Source: Planctomycetota bacterium
GTDB taxonomy: Bacteria > Planctomycetota > UBA1135 > UBA2386
Assembly: GCA_046290465.1 (NCBI GenBank)
Contig: JBKAGP010000001.1
Coordinates: 4,032,001 to 4,096,000, forward strand
Direction of reading: 5' to 3'
DNA: 64,000 nt
Shown here: piece after piece, positions 46,911 to 57,930 of the stretch
Layout of the letters: each line of letters starts with the position of its first letter
How positions within the stretch are numbered: position 1 is the first letter of the stretch
Notes under the pieces: generated by a model
What the model saw: only the letters and a program-made list of their open reading frames with translations
Database searches by the model: none
What the model was told of the DNA's origin: nothing
Program-made: the position numbers and the translations under genes

Positions 46911-49462
46911 CAGTCCTTCTTCTCCCCGTTGTCCCGGTCGTCGGTGGTGCTGTCTTCAGTGGTGCTGTCGTCGGAGCCCTTGTCGTCGGAACCGGCCGGC
47001 GCGTCGCCGCCTGCCACCGGCTCTTCCTGCGGGATGCGCGCGACGCTGACCAGCTTGTCGCCCTCGCGCAGCGAGATGCAGCGCACGCCCTGGGTGTTGC
47101 GGCCGATGACGCTGATGTCGCCGGCCTCGGTGCGAACGATCTGGCCGTCCTTGGTGATCATCATCACCTCGTCCTCGTCGGTGACGCCGAGCAGGTTGAC
47201 GACCTTGCCGTTCCGCTCGGTGGCGCGGATGTCGATGATGCCCTTGCCGCCACGCGTCTGCGAACGGTACTCCTCGACCTTGGTGCGCTTGCCGTAGCCG
47301 TTCTCGCAGATGGTCATCAGCGTGCCGCTGCCGTCGGTGACGACCATGTCGCAGACCGCGTCGCCCTCGTCGAGCTTGATGCCGCGCACACCGACGGCGC
47401 TGCGACCCATGGCGCGCGCGCCGTCCTCGTCGAAGCGGATCGACATGCCGTTCTTGGTGCCCAGCACGATGTGATCACCCTTGCGGCAGATGTTGACGCC
47501 GACCAGCGAGTCGCCGTCGTCGAGGCCGAGCGCGATGATGCCGCCGGCGCGCGGACGGCTGTAGGCACTGAGCGCGGTCTTCTTGATCAGGCCCTTGCGG
47601 CTGGCGCTGATCAGGAAGCGCTCGTCGTCGAACTTGTCGACGCGCAGGATGCCGGTGATCTTCTCACCTTCCTGCGTCTCGACGACGTTGATCAACGCGC
47701 GGCCCTTGGCGGTCCGGCCGTAGCTCGGCAGCTCGTAGACCTTCTTCCAGTAGACGCGGCCGCGGTCGGTGAAGAACAGCAGGTAGTCGTGCGTCGACGC
47801 GACGAACAGGTTCCACAGGAAGTCGCCCTCCTTGAAGTCCGCGCCGCTGACGCCCTTGCCGCCGCGACCCTGCGTCCGGTACTGATCGAGCGCGGTGCGC
47901 TTGATGTAGCCCTGGTGCGTGCAGGTCACGACCATCATCTCCTCGGGGATGAGGTCCTCGGCGATGAAGTTGCCGACCTCCTCGTCGCTGATAACGGTGC
48001 GGCGCTCGTCGCCGTACTGCTCGACCATCTCCTTGAGGTCCTGGCGCATCAGCCCGAACAGCACTTCGCGGTCGTTGAGGATCGTCTTGTAGTAGGCGAT
48101 CTTCTCCATGACCTCGGCGTGCTCGGCCTCCAGCTTCTCGATCTCGAGGCCGGTGAGCTGCGACAGGCGCATGCTCAGGATGGCGCGCGACTGGATGTCG
48201 CTGAGCTCGAAGCGCGCGATCAGGCGCTGCCGCGCCTCGTCGGTGTTGGCCGACGACTTGATGATCTCGATGACCTCGTCGATGTTCGCGACGGCCAGTC
48301 GCAGGCCTTCGAGGATGTGCAGCCGTTCTTCGGCCTTGCGCAGCAGGTAGCGGGTGCGGCGCCGGATCACGTCGATGCGGTGATCGCGGTGGCACTCGAG
48401 CATCTGCTTGAAGCCGAGCGTGCGCGGGCGGCCGTCGACGATCGCCAGGTTGATGATCGAGAACGTGCTCTGCAGCGGCGACATCTTGAACAGCTTGTTC
48501 AAGGTCACCATCTCGTCCTCGACCGCCTTCTTCAGCTCGACGACGAGGCGCAGGCCGACGCGGTCGTTGGACTCGTCGTTGACGTCGCTGATCGTGTCGA
48601 TCTGCTGCGTCTTCACGAGGTGCTGGATGCGCTCCAGGATCGTGGTCGTCTTGATCTGGTACGGGACCTCGGTGAAGACCAGCTGCTTGCGGCCCTTCTT
48701 CTCCTCGAGGTGGTACTTGGCGCGGCAGGTGACCGAGCCGCGGCCGCTCGCGTACGCGTTGCGGATGCCGCTGCGGCCCATGATCGTGCCGCCGGTCGGG
48801 AAGTCGGGCCCCTTCACGATCTCGAGCAGTTCGTCGAGCGTGATGTCCGGCTTGCTGTAGAGCTTGTCGAGCGCGGTCGCGACCTCACGCAGGTTGTGCG
48901 GCGCGAGGCTGGCGGCCATGCCGACGGCGATGCCGGTCGAGCCGTTGCAGATCAGGTTGGGGAAGCGGGCCGGCAGCACGACCGGCTGCATGCGCGTGCC
49001 GTCGTAGTTCTCGACGAGGTCGACGGTCTCCTTGTCGAGGTCCTCCAGCATGTGCGTCGCCGGGTAGCCGAGACGCGCCTCCGTGTATCGCATCGCCGCC
49101 GGCGGACTGCCGTCGATCGCGCCGAAGTTGCCCTGGCTGTCGACCATCGGGTAGCGCGTCGTGAACGGCTGCGCCATGCCGACCAGCGTCGGGTAGACCA
49201 CCGATTCGCCGTGCGGGTGGTAGTTGCCGGACGTGTCGCCGCAGATCTTGGCGCACTTGCGGTGCTTGCTCCGCGGGCCGAGATTGAGGTCGTTCATCGC
49301 GACCAGCACGCGCCGCTGACTCGGCTTGAGACCGTCCCGCGCATCCGGCAGAGCGCGCGAGAGGATGACGCTCATCGAGTAGTTGAGGTAGCTCTCGCGC
49401 ATCTCCCGCTCGAGCAGGAGGTCGGTGATGCGGCCGCCGTCGGGCGGGGTCGTGTCGGTCAT
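46910..49462 (-). CDS. gyrA: DNA gyrase subunit A
   Basis: RALPDARDGLKP, YHPHG, AAMRYTE, GyrA-box QGRGGKG. Confidence 0.97.
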   Translation of the reverse strand: MTDTTPPDGGRITDLLLEREMRESYLNYSMSVILSRALPDARDGLKPSQRRVLVAMNDLNLGPRSKHRKCAKICGDTSGNYHPHGESVVYPTLVGMAQPFTTRYPMVDSQGNFGAIDGSPPAAMRYTEARLGYPATHMLEDLDKETVDLVENYDGTRMQPVVLPARFPNLICNGSTGIAVGMAASLAPHNLREVATALDKLYSKPDITLDELLEIVKGPDFPTGGTIMGRSGIRNAYASGRGSVTCRAKYHLEEKKGRKQLVFTEVPYQIKTTTILERIQHLVKTQQIDTISDVNDESNDRVGLRLVVELKKAVEDEMVTLNKLFKMSPLQSTFSIINLAIVDGRPRTLGFKQMLECHRDHRIDVIRRRTRYLLRKAEERLHILEGLRLAVANIDEVIEIIKSSANTDEARQRLIARFELSDIQSRAILSMRLSQLTGLEIEKLEAEHAEVMEKIAYYKTILNDREVLFGLMRQDLKEMVEQYGDERRTVISDEEVGNFIAEDLIPEEMMVVTCTHQGYIKRTALDQYRTQGRGGKGVSGADFKEGDFLWNLFVASTHDYLLFFTDRGRVYWKKVYELPSYGRTAKGRALINVVETQEGEKITGILRVDKFDDERFLISASRKGLIKKTALSAYSRPRAGGIIALGLDDGDSLVGVNICRKGDHIVLGTKNGMSIRFDEDGARAMGRSAVGVRGIKLDEGDAVCDMVVTDGSGTLMTICENGYGKRTKVEEYRSQTRGGKGIIDIRATERNGKVVNLLGVTDEDEVMMITKDGQIVRTEAGDISVIGRNTQGVRCISLREGDKLVSVARIPQEEPVAGGDAPAGSDDKGSDDSTTEDSTTDDRDNGEKKD

Positions 49463-49612
49463 GTTCGGGCGGGGTCCTGGCTGGGATCGGCTGCGGAAAG
49501 GACCCATTGTTCCGCCCGCTGGCTACCGCTTCAACATTGCTGCCGTTCCTGTACGATGCTCGCGCCCCCACCGTCGGGGGGAGCCTAGAAACCGCCTACC
49601 GGAGCCCCACTT

Positions 49613-50446
49613 TTGTTCGACAAGAGCGTCATCATCCTGGTCGTTTCCCGCGAGATCCTGGAGGGGTCCGTGGTGGACCGCAACGCGGCCTTCATCGCCA
49701 ACCGGATCGACGACATCGGCTACCGCGTACGCACCATCCAGGTCTGTGACCGGGTCGAGGCCGAGATGGTCGCGACCATGACCTGGGCGCTGGGCCAGAA
49801 GCCGACGTTCGTGCTGGTCACGGGCGGCATGGGCCCCAACTGGGACGACAACACCCGCGCCTGCCTGGCCAAGGCCGCCGGCCTCGAGCTGATCGAGAAC
49901 GAGCAGGCCAAGGCATACGTGCAGAACGCCTACCGCCGGCTGTTCGCCAAGCAGGTCGTCGGCAACCCGGACCTGACCGAGGCGCGCCAGGGCATGGCGA
50001 TGCTGCCCAAGGGCGCCAAGTGCTACGAGAACACGGTCGGCAGCGCGCCGGCGGTGCAGCTCGACGTCGACAAGACCACGGTGTTCCTGCTGCCGGGCGT
50101 GCCGGCCGAGATGCAGCGCTTCTTCACCGCGCACGTGATGCCGGTGATGGCGGCCGCCGGCCCCGACACCGTGCGCGGCGAACGCGCCGTCGACTACCAC
50201 GGCCACGACGAGTCGTCGATCAGCCGGGTGCTCGCGGACGTCAGCAAGATGCACCCGGAGATCAGCATCCGCACGCGCGTGCAGGGCACCGAGATGGCCC
50301 GCACGATCCGGATCGTGCTGGTCGCCGAGCAGGACGACGCCGTGCAGCTCAACGAGCTGCTCGAGAAGGCCGAACAGGACCTGCGCGACCGCCTCGGGCT
50401 GGAGTTCGACACGCCGCCGACCGACGCGTCGCGCCTTGGCGACTAG
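49613..50446 (+). CDS. CinA N-terminal-like molybdopterin-binding domain protein
   Basis: EILEGSVVDRN, TGGMGPNWDDNT, LPGVPAEM. Confidence 0.8.
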   Translation: MFDKSVIILVVSREILEGSVVDRNAAFIANRIDDIGYRVRTIQVCDRVEAEMVATMTWALGQKPTFVLVTGGMGPNWDDNTRACLAKAAGLELIENEQAKAYVQNAYRRLFAKQVVGNPDLTEARQGMAMLPKGAKCYENTVGSAPAVQLDVDKTTVFLLPGVPAEMQRFFTAHVMPVMAAAGPDTVRGERAVDYHGHDESSISRVLADVSKMHPEISIRTRVQGTEMARTIRIVLVAEQDDAVQLNELLEKAEQDLRDRLGLEFDTPPTDASRLGD

Positions 50447-51488
50447 CGGCTTCGCACCGCGCCTGCTGGGCTGGTTCGACCGCGCCCGGCGGGACCTGCC
50501 GTGGCGCCGCACGCGGGACCCGTGGGCGATCTGGGTCAGCGAGATCATGCTGCAGCAGACGCGCGTCGAGGCGGTGCGCGCGCCGTTCGAGCGGTTCCTG
50601 GCGCGCTACCCGACGCCCGCCGCGTTCGCCGCGGCCAGCGACGACGAGGTCATGGTCGCGTGGCGCGGCCTGGGCTACTACCGGCGGGCGCGGCTGCTGC
50701 GCGACGGTGCCCGCAGGGTCGCCGAGGTGCACGACGGGGTCGTTCCGGACACGGTCGACGAGCTGCGCGAGCTGCCCGGGATCGGGCCCTACACGCTCGG
50801 GGCGGTGGCCTCGATCGCGTTCGGGCACGGCCAGCCGGCCGTCGACGGCAACGTCGAACGGGTGGTGTCGCGGCACCGCGGTCTCGCCGAGCCGATCGGG
50901 ACCACCAGGGCCCGCAAGGCGATCGGCGCGCAGGTGCTGGCCTGGATGGACCGGGCACGCGCCGGCGACTTCAACCAGGCGATGATGGAGCTCGGCGCGA
51001 CGGTCTGCACGCCGACCTCCCCCGCCTGCGACGGCTGCCCGGTCGGCAGCGACTGCATCGCGATGCGTGACGGGCGGACCGCCGAGCTGCCGGTCAAGAA
51101 GGCGCCGCGAAAGGCCGTCGACGTGATCGCCCGCGCCGTCGTGATCGCACGCGGCGGCGAGGTGCTGGGCTACCGGGTCCCGGACGACCAGCCCAATGCG
51201 GGGCAGGTCGACCTGCCCGGCCCAGGTGTGCTGTGTGACTGCGACCCGGAGGACCTGGCGGCCGCCGTGCGCGAGCGGTTCGGCGCCGAGATCCGGGTCC
51301 GAGAGCCGCTCGCGGCCGTTCGGCATGCGATCACCCACCACCGCATCAGCCTGCACGCGCACGCGGCGGAACTCCGGAAACGGGGACGGCTACGGTGGTT
51401 TGCGCGGGACGCGCAGACGCCGTGGACGACCCCGGCGCGCAAGGTGTTCGCCAAGACCTTCCTGGACTCGGGCGCCCCGGAGGCGTGA
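50436..51488 (+). CDS. mutY: A/G-specific adenine glycosylase
   Basis: RDLPWR, WVSEIMLQQT, GLGYYRRAR, LPGIGPYT, VDGNV, C-x6-C-x2-C-x5-C. Confidence 0.95.
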   Translation: MATSGFAPRLLGWFDRARRDLPWRRTRDPWAIWVSEIMLQQTRVEAVRAPFERFLARYPTPAAFAAASDDEVMVAWRGLGYYRRARLLRDGARRVAEVHDGVVPDTVDELRELPGIGPYTLGAVASIAFGHGQPAVDGNVERVVSRHRGLAEPIGTTRARKAIGAQVLAWMDRARAGDFNQAMMELGATVCTPTSPACDGCPVGSDCIAMRDGRTAELPVKKAPRKAVDVIARAVVIARGGEVLGYRVPDDQPNAGQVDLPGPGVLCDCDPEDLAAAVRERFGAEIRVREPLAAVRHAITHHRISLHAHAAELRKRGRLRWFARDAQTPWTTPARKVFAKTFLDSGAPEA

Positions 51489-51564
51489 ACCCGCGCCGCG
51501 ACCTCGCTATCGTGGTTGCCCCTCGATTGCAGCAACAACCCACTCCGACGCAGAGGAACGAACT

Positions 51565-52338
51565 ATGGGCCTGATGGATGGAAAGAACGTCGTGATCTTC
51601 GGCGTCGCGAACAAGCGCTCGATCGCCTGGGGCATCGCCCAGGCCCTGGTGCGCGAGGGCGCGAACCTGGCACTCGGCTACCAGAACGAACGCATGGGCG
51701 ACGCCGTCAAGAAGCTGGCGGGCGACCTCGAGCGTCCACCGCTCCTGCTGCCGTGCGACGTCACCGTCGACGGCGACATCGACCGCTTCTTCGAGGCGCT
51801 CGGCAAGGAGTGGGACGGCATCGACGGGATGGTGCACTCGATCGCGTTCGCCAAGCGCGAAGAGCTGGGCGGCAACTTCCGTGACACCTCGTGGGACGGC
51901 TACGCGCTCGCGCAACAGGTCAGCGCGTGGTCGCTGATCGGCCTCACCAAGGGTGCGCTGCCGATGATGGAAGGCCGCAACGCCAGCGTCGTCTGCTTGA
52001 GCTACTACGGCGCCGAGAAGGTCGTCACCAACTACAACGTCATGGGCGTCGCCAAGGCCGCGCTCGAGTCGTCGACCCGCTACCTGGCCAACGACGTCGG
52101 CCCGCACGGCGTGCGCGTCAACGCGATCTCGGCCGGCCCGATCAAGACCGTCTCGGCGATGGGCGTCGGCGACTTCGGCTCGCTACTCGACTCGATGGCG
52201 CAGAAGGCGCCGCTCCGCCGCAACGTCGACCAGGCCGACGTCGGCAACACCGCCGCGTTCTTGCTGTCCCCGCTCAGCAACGGCGTCACCGGCCAGGTGA
52301 TCTACGTCGACGCCGGCTACAGCATCCTCGGCATCTGA
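51565..52338 (+). CDS. fabI: Enoyl-ACP reductase
   Basis: GVANKRSIAWGIA, HSIAFA, YNVMGVAKAALE, NAISAGPIKT. Confidence 0.95.
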   Translation: MGLMDGKNVVIFGVANKRSIAWGIAQALVREGANLALGYQNERMGDAVKKLAGDLERPPLLLPCDVTVDGDIDRFFEALGKEWDGIDGMVHSIAFAKREELGGNFRDTSWDGYALAQQVSAWSLIGLTKGALPMMEGRNASVVCLSYYGAEKVVTNYNVMGVAKAALESSTRYLANDVGPHGVRVNAISAGPIKTVSAMGVGDFGSLLDSMAQKAPLRRNVDQADVGNTAAFLLSPLSNGVTGQVIYVDAGYSILGI

Positions 52339-52345
52339 CCCCGGC

Positions 52346-52404
52346 CCGTAGGTTTGGGGCCCGTAAGTTCGGGGTCCGTAAGTTCGGGGTCCGTAGGTTC
52401 GGTT
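52346..52404 (+). repeat. 4 x 15-bp tandem repeat after fabI stop
   Basis: CCGTA(A/G)GTT(C/T)GGGG(T/C) units. Confidence 0.85.
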
Positions 52405-52652
52405 CCGCGACGAGACCTCACGGACCGACCGCCCCGGCGCCGTCGGAACGCGCCCGCGTTCGCGGTGCGAACGTCTGGCGCCGCGACGAGACCCGACGGA
52501 CCAAACGCCGCGGCGCCGGTGAGACGCGCCGGCGTGGGTGCGAAAGCCTGGTTCCGCGGCCGACCCCTACGAATCACGCACCCCGGCGCCAGTGACCGCG
52601 CCCGCGTTGGTGGTCCGTGGGTTTGGCTCCCGGAACCGAACGTGCGGACCGG

Positions 52653-53813
52653 TCAGGGGGTGGTTTGGGTGAGCCAGCGTTGGATGCGTTGGCGTTCGTC
52701 GCGGGAGAGGTCGCCGCGGGTGGCGTCGGCGTCGAGGAGGCGCTGCAGCAGGCGGCGCGCCTGCTCGGACTCGCCCTTCTCGGCGGCCAGGGTGGCGAGG
52801 TTGAGCAGGCTGCCGGTATGGCTCGGCTCGCGCTCGAGCGCCGCCAGGTAGGACGCCTCGGCCAGCTCCGGCTGCCCCAACCCGGTCGCGACGATGCCCA
52901 GGCGGAAACGCGCCTCGGCGCTGTCGGGGAACCGGTCGGCGACCGAGCGCAGGTGGTCCAGCGCCTGCTGCTCGAGCCCTGCAACCTCCCGATCGCGCGC
53001 GGCCCCGTCCTTGCTCGGCTTGAGGCGTGCCAACTCGGCGGCTCGCAGCGTCGCGGTGGCGATCGCGAGCGCCGCGTCCTCGTCACCGGGCGCCAGCTCG
53101 ACGCAGCGCGCGAACGCCTGCGCCGCCTGCTGGGCGTCCGTCTGTGCCTGCTGGTAGGGCACCGGCACGCCCTGCGGCGTGCGCGCGATCGACAGCAGCG
53201 ACGCGCCGAGCCGGAACTGCGCGGTCGCATCGTCCGGCCGCAGGGAGACATAGGCACGCAGGTGAGGCAGCGCGGCGCGCTCTTCGCCCAGTTCGTAGCG
53301 GTAGGTGCCGGCGATTCCGAGCAGCGCGGCCTTCTCGGCGGCCGGCGCCTCCCGGCAGCGCTCCAGCGCGTCTTCGGCGGCCTTGGCCGCAGCGCTCATG
53401 TGTCCGGATTCGGCCAGGAACACGGCGTGCATCCAGCCGACGAACGCGTCGGCGGGCGCCAGCTGCCGGGCGAGCGCCAGCTGCGCCTCGCCGCGCCGCA
53501 TCCCGAACCACTCGATCGGGTCCTGCTGCGCCGCCTCCTGCAGGCGGACCATGCCCAGCACGGCTCTGGCCCGAGCCGAGCGCGGGTTGGTGGCCAACAC
53601 CCGCGCGGCGATCGCCTCGGCCTCGCCGTAGCGACGACGAACCACGGCGTCGATCGCGGCCTGCTCGAATTCCTGACACTGCTCGCGCACATCGTCGGCG
53701 AGTTCCACGATCGCCAACGAGTCGATCGAGACCTTCTCCGGGTCGGGCGCGACGCCGGCACAACCCGACAGCAGCAGCAACACGGACGGACCGATCCGAC
53801 ACCACAGACGCAT
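52653..53813 (-). CDS. TPR lipoprotein
   Basis: Lipobox LLSGC; Ala-rich TPR helices. Confidence 0.8.
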   Translation of the reverse strand: MRLWCRIGPSVLLLLSGCAGVAPDPEKVSIDSLAIVELADDVREQCQEFEQAAIDAVVRRRYGEAEAIAARVLATNPRSARARAVLGMVRLQEAAQQDPIEWFGMRRGEAQLALARQLAPADAFVGWMHAVFLAESGHMSAAAKAAEDALERCREAPAAEKAALLGIAGTYRYELGEERAALPHLRAYVSLRPDDATAQFRLGASLLSIARTPQGVPVPYQQAQTDAQQAAQAFARCVELAPGDEDAALAIATATLRAAELARLKPSKDGAARDREVAGLEQQALDHLRSVADRFPDSAEARFRLGIVATGLGQPELAEASYLAALEREPSHTGSLLNLATLAAEKGESEQARRLLQRLLDADATRGDLSRDERQRIQRWLTQTTP

Positions 53814-53863
53814 GCGCCCATCATCGTCTGGCCTGCCCCGAACGGAAAGCTACGCTTCGTCTC

Positions 53864-54783
53864 ATGGTGCGCATTGCCGCCGACATCACCTGGCTGGTCG
53901 GACGAACCCCTCTGGTAGATCTCTCCCGGCTCTCGCCGCCGGGCACCCGCGTCGTGGGCAAGCTCGACGCCTGGAACCCCTCGGGCAGCAACAAGGACCG
54001 CGCCGCGCTGGGGATGATCGAGCACGCCCGCCGCAGCGGCTTCCTCGTCGACGGCGGCACGATCGTCGAGTGCAGCAGCGGCGACCTCGGCTTGGCGATC
54101 GCGACCATCGGCCGGCGTCTCGGCTACCGGGTCATCCTGACGATGCCGCAGAGCGTCGCCCCCGCGCGCCGCAACCTGCTGACCGCCGTCGGCGCCGAGG
54201 TCGAGGTCACGCCCGAGGCCGACGGCATGCGCGGCGCGATGAACCGCGCCGAGCAGCTCGCCCGCAGCGTCGACGGCGCCGTCTGCCTGCAGGCGTTCAC
54301 CAATCGGTCCAACGCGAGGGTGCACGCCGAGACGACGGCACGCGAGATCTGGGAGGACACCGACGGGCAGGTCGACACCGTCGTCGTGCCCGTCGGCACC
54401 GGCGGCACGGCGGCCGGCTGCGCCGAGTTCTTCCGCGACCGCGGCGTCCGGGTCATCGGCGTGCAACCGGCCACCAGCGCCGTGCTGACCGGTGGTTCGC
54501 CGGGCGTTCACAACATCCCGGGCCTCGGTGCCGGCTTCATCCCCGACATCCTCTCGCCGGATGCGCTCGACGAGATCCTCGACGTGCGCGACGAGGATGC
54601 GCGCGCGGCGACCCAACGGCTGATGCGCGAGGAGTCGCTGCTGCTGGGACCGGCCAGCGGCGCCGTGCTGCACGCGGCGCTCGAGCTGGCGGCCCGCAGC
54701 GAACTCGCCGGCAAGATGGTGGTCGCCGTCCTCCCGGACGCGGCCGAACGCAACATCGAACATTGGATGCCCGACAGCCCGTC

Positions 54784-54787
<4 letters not shown>
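53864..54787 (+). CDS. Cysteine synthase-like PLP enzyme (divergent)
   Basis: GRTPLV, NPSGSNKDR, VGTGGT, HNIPGLGAGFIP, GPASGA. Confidence 0.88.
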
Positions 54788-55791
<1,004 letters not shown>

Positions 55792-55889
55792 CACGTTTCA
55801 AACGAACCGATTTATTTACGAGAACGCTGACACCTTCGGGGGTCCTGCGGTCTCGAGGGCCGGCGCGCCACAAAAAACTGCACGCGCTT

Positions 55890-55916
55890 GGAAAGTTCCG
55901 GCCCCTCGTTCGTCTA
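55890..55916 (+). promoter_or_regulatory. Candidate ECF-type promoter
   Basis: GGAAA-N16-CGTCTA just upstream of a structured, terminated segment. Confidence 0.4.
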
Positions 55917-55921
55917 CTAGA

Positions 55922-56051
55922 GAAGCATGGGACGAGTGGTCCCGACCGCCCGGCGCTGTTACCGCAGCGCTGATTCGAGAGGGCAAACTTGAGCGGTCGG
56001 GACCTTCGTGGCCGACGATTCTGGGAGAGAATCGTCGGCCACTCTTTTTTT
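55922..56051 (+). ncRNA. Candidate small structured RNA
   Basis: 12-bp stem 55938-55949 / 55993-56004 enclosing two short hairpins, followed directly by an intrinsic terminator. Confidence 0.45.
56008..56051 (+). terminator. Intrinsic terminator
   Basis: GTGGCCGACGATTCT-GGGAG-AGAATCGTCGGCCAC perfect 15-bp stem plus TCTTTTTTT. Confidence 0.88.
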
Positions 56052-56156
56052 CAACCCCCCCCGGGCCTTCATCCCAGCGGCGATTTACCCCAGCCGCAAA
56101 CACCTGCCAACTCTCGCACTTGGCCTCCGTCCATGGCTGGCGCATCATGCGGCGAG

Positions 56157-56480
56157 ATGAACACGGATCAGGAGTTCCTTCAGGTTGCCGAGAAGCTGAT
56201 GCAGGACCTGCTCGGCAAGTTCGACACGTTCGACCCGGACGAGCTCGAGGCCGACGCGGCCGCCGGGGTCATCAAGATGACGTTCGCGAGCGGTGGAGCG
56301 TGTGTGCTCAACCGCCAGACCGCCGCACACCAGATCTGGCTCGCCGAAGGCGCCACTGCCTGGCACTTCGAGCTGGACGCCGATTCGGGCCAGTGGATGG
56401 ACACCAAGGGCCGCGGGGCGCTGACGGCCGTGCTGTCAGAGGTCCTGACGAAGCGGCTCGGGCGGCCGGTCCAGATCTGA
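56157..56480 (+). CDS. cyaY: Frataxin-like iron donor CyaY
   Basis: MNTDQEF...GVIKMTF...VLNRQTAAHQIWLA...HF. Confidence 0.88.
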   Translation: MNTDQEFLQVAEKLMQDLLGKFDTFDPDELEADAAAGVIKMTFASGGACVLNRQTAAHQIWLAEGATAWHFELDADSGQWMDTKGRGALTAVLSEVLTKRLGRPVQI

Positions 56481-56542
56481 GCGGCCGCTCCTCGGCCAGG
56501 ATCCGGCCACGCTCCGGCAGGGCTGCCTCAGGCGGGGCAGCC

Positions 56543-57796
56543 TCAGGCGGACCGCACGCCCGACGAGCGCGGGAACCGCATCCGGAACGTGGTGCCACGA
56601 CCGGCCTCGCTGTCGACCTGGATGATGCCGTTGCTGCCGCGCACGTAGCGTGCGACGGCGGTCAGGCCCAGACCGGTGCCCTGGCCGACCGGCTTGGTCG
56701 TGAAGTATGGATCGAAGATCCGCTCCTGCACTTCTCTCGGCATGCCCGGTCCGGTGTCGGAGACCTCGATCCAGACCTGGTGGCGGTCGCTGCCACACCG
56801 CAACGTGATCGCCCCCTCGCCGTCGATCGCCTGCTTGGCGTTGATGACCAGGTTCCAGAGGGCGTGCACCAGACCGTTGGGATTGACCTGGACGAGCGGC
56901 GCTTCCGACGGCGCCTCACAGGTCGCCTGGATGCCGCTCGGCAGCACCCGCTGCGCCTGCACGTGGAACTGCCGCAGGATCTCGGACAGGTCGCACGCCG
57001 TGTTGGTGCCTTCGTCCGGGTGCGCCATCCGCATCAGCTGATCGAGCAGCGGCTGCGTCTGCTGCAGGGTCTCCTCGATCATCGTCAGGCGACGCCGACG
57101 CTCGTCATCGTCCGACATGTTGCCGAGCGTGACGTGCCCGAGCAGCACCTGGAACGTGTTGCGCAGCTGGTGGCACACGAGGCCGGCGAGGTCCCCCACC
57201 GTCTCGACGCGCAGCGCGTGGCGCAGCAGCTTCTCGCGGTGTCGCAGCGCGCGGCTCGACTCGAAGTTCTTGCGGCGCTGTGACTCGGCGGTCATCAGCG
57301 CCATGAACACCAGCCGGTTGAGGATCGCCCCGGCCAGCGCCGACGCCAGCGACACCGCGGTCAGGCTGATCGCATGCACCCAGGCATCCGGCAGCGTCTC
57401 GGGCCGGACCGACGAACCCGGCGCGAACCACGTCGCCAGCAACATGGCGGTCACCGCGACCATCGTCATGCTCAGGCCCGCGATCACGCCAAGGCACGTC
57501 GTCGCCAACAGCGACAGCACCGGGTGCAGGTACCACGCCGGGCTGAACACGCCGCGCGGCCAGTTGGCCAGGATCGTCAGCGTGAACATCGCCAGGAACA
57601 GCAGCGTCGCCGCGTACTGCATGCGATGACGCCGCCAACCGAGCCACGCCAGGAAGAACACCGGCGCCGACGCCAGCGCCGGCAAGGCTCCGCTCCACGG
57701 CAGGTCGGTCGTCCACAGGCCGCCGTCGACGAACAGGCAGCCGACCCCGAAACCGGTCGCCGCAATCGCCATCGCTAGCGACGCCCAGCGGATCAC
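56543..57796 (-). CDS. Membrane sensor histidine kinase (start uncertain)
   Basis: Several TMs; H-box LAGLVCHQLRN, NLVINAKQA, DTGPGM, IFDPYFTTKPVGQGTGLGL. Confidence 0.88.
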   Translation of the reverse strand: MIRWASLAMAIAATGFGVGCLFVDGGLWTTDLPWSGALPALASAPVFFLAWLGWRRHRMQYAATLLFLAMFTLTILANWPRGVFSPAWYLHPVLSLLATTCLGVIAGLSMTMVAVTAMLLATWFAPGSSVRPETLPDAWVHAISLTAVSLASALAGAILNRLVFMALMTAESQRRKNFESSRALRHREKLLRHALRVETVGDLAGLVCHQLRNTFQVLLGHVTLGNMSDDDERRRRLTMIEETLQQTQPLLDQLMRMAHPDEGTNTACDLSEILRQFHVQAQRVLPSGIQATCEAPSEAPLVQVNPNGLVHALWNLVINAKQAIDGEGAITLRCGSDRHQVWIEVSDTGPGMPREVQERIFDPYFTTKPVGQGTGLGLTAVARYVRGSNGIIQVDSEAGRGTTFRMRFPRSSGVRSA

Positions 57797-57930
57797 CAGC
57801 GACAGGCTGGAGACGACCGGGAGTCGGGTGCTCGTGAGGAACCCGAACAGGGTTTCCTCTGACAGTTGGACCTGGACGCGCAAGGCGTCGGCATTGTAGA
57901 TGGGCGCATGGCCCCGCCGCCACTCTTCTG

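Noticed and set aside
47471..49588. Long antisense or alternative-frame ORFs (e.g. 47471-49588, 38917-41613, 25276-27573, 58598-60478, 60523-62577)
   Set aside because: Shadow ORFs of high-GC coding genes with Arg/Ala/Pro-rich, motif-less translations.
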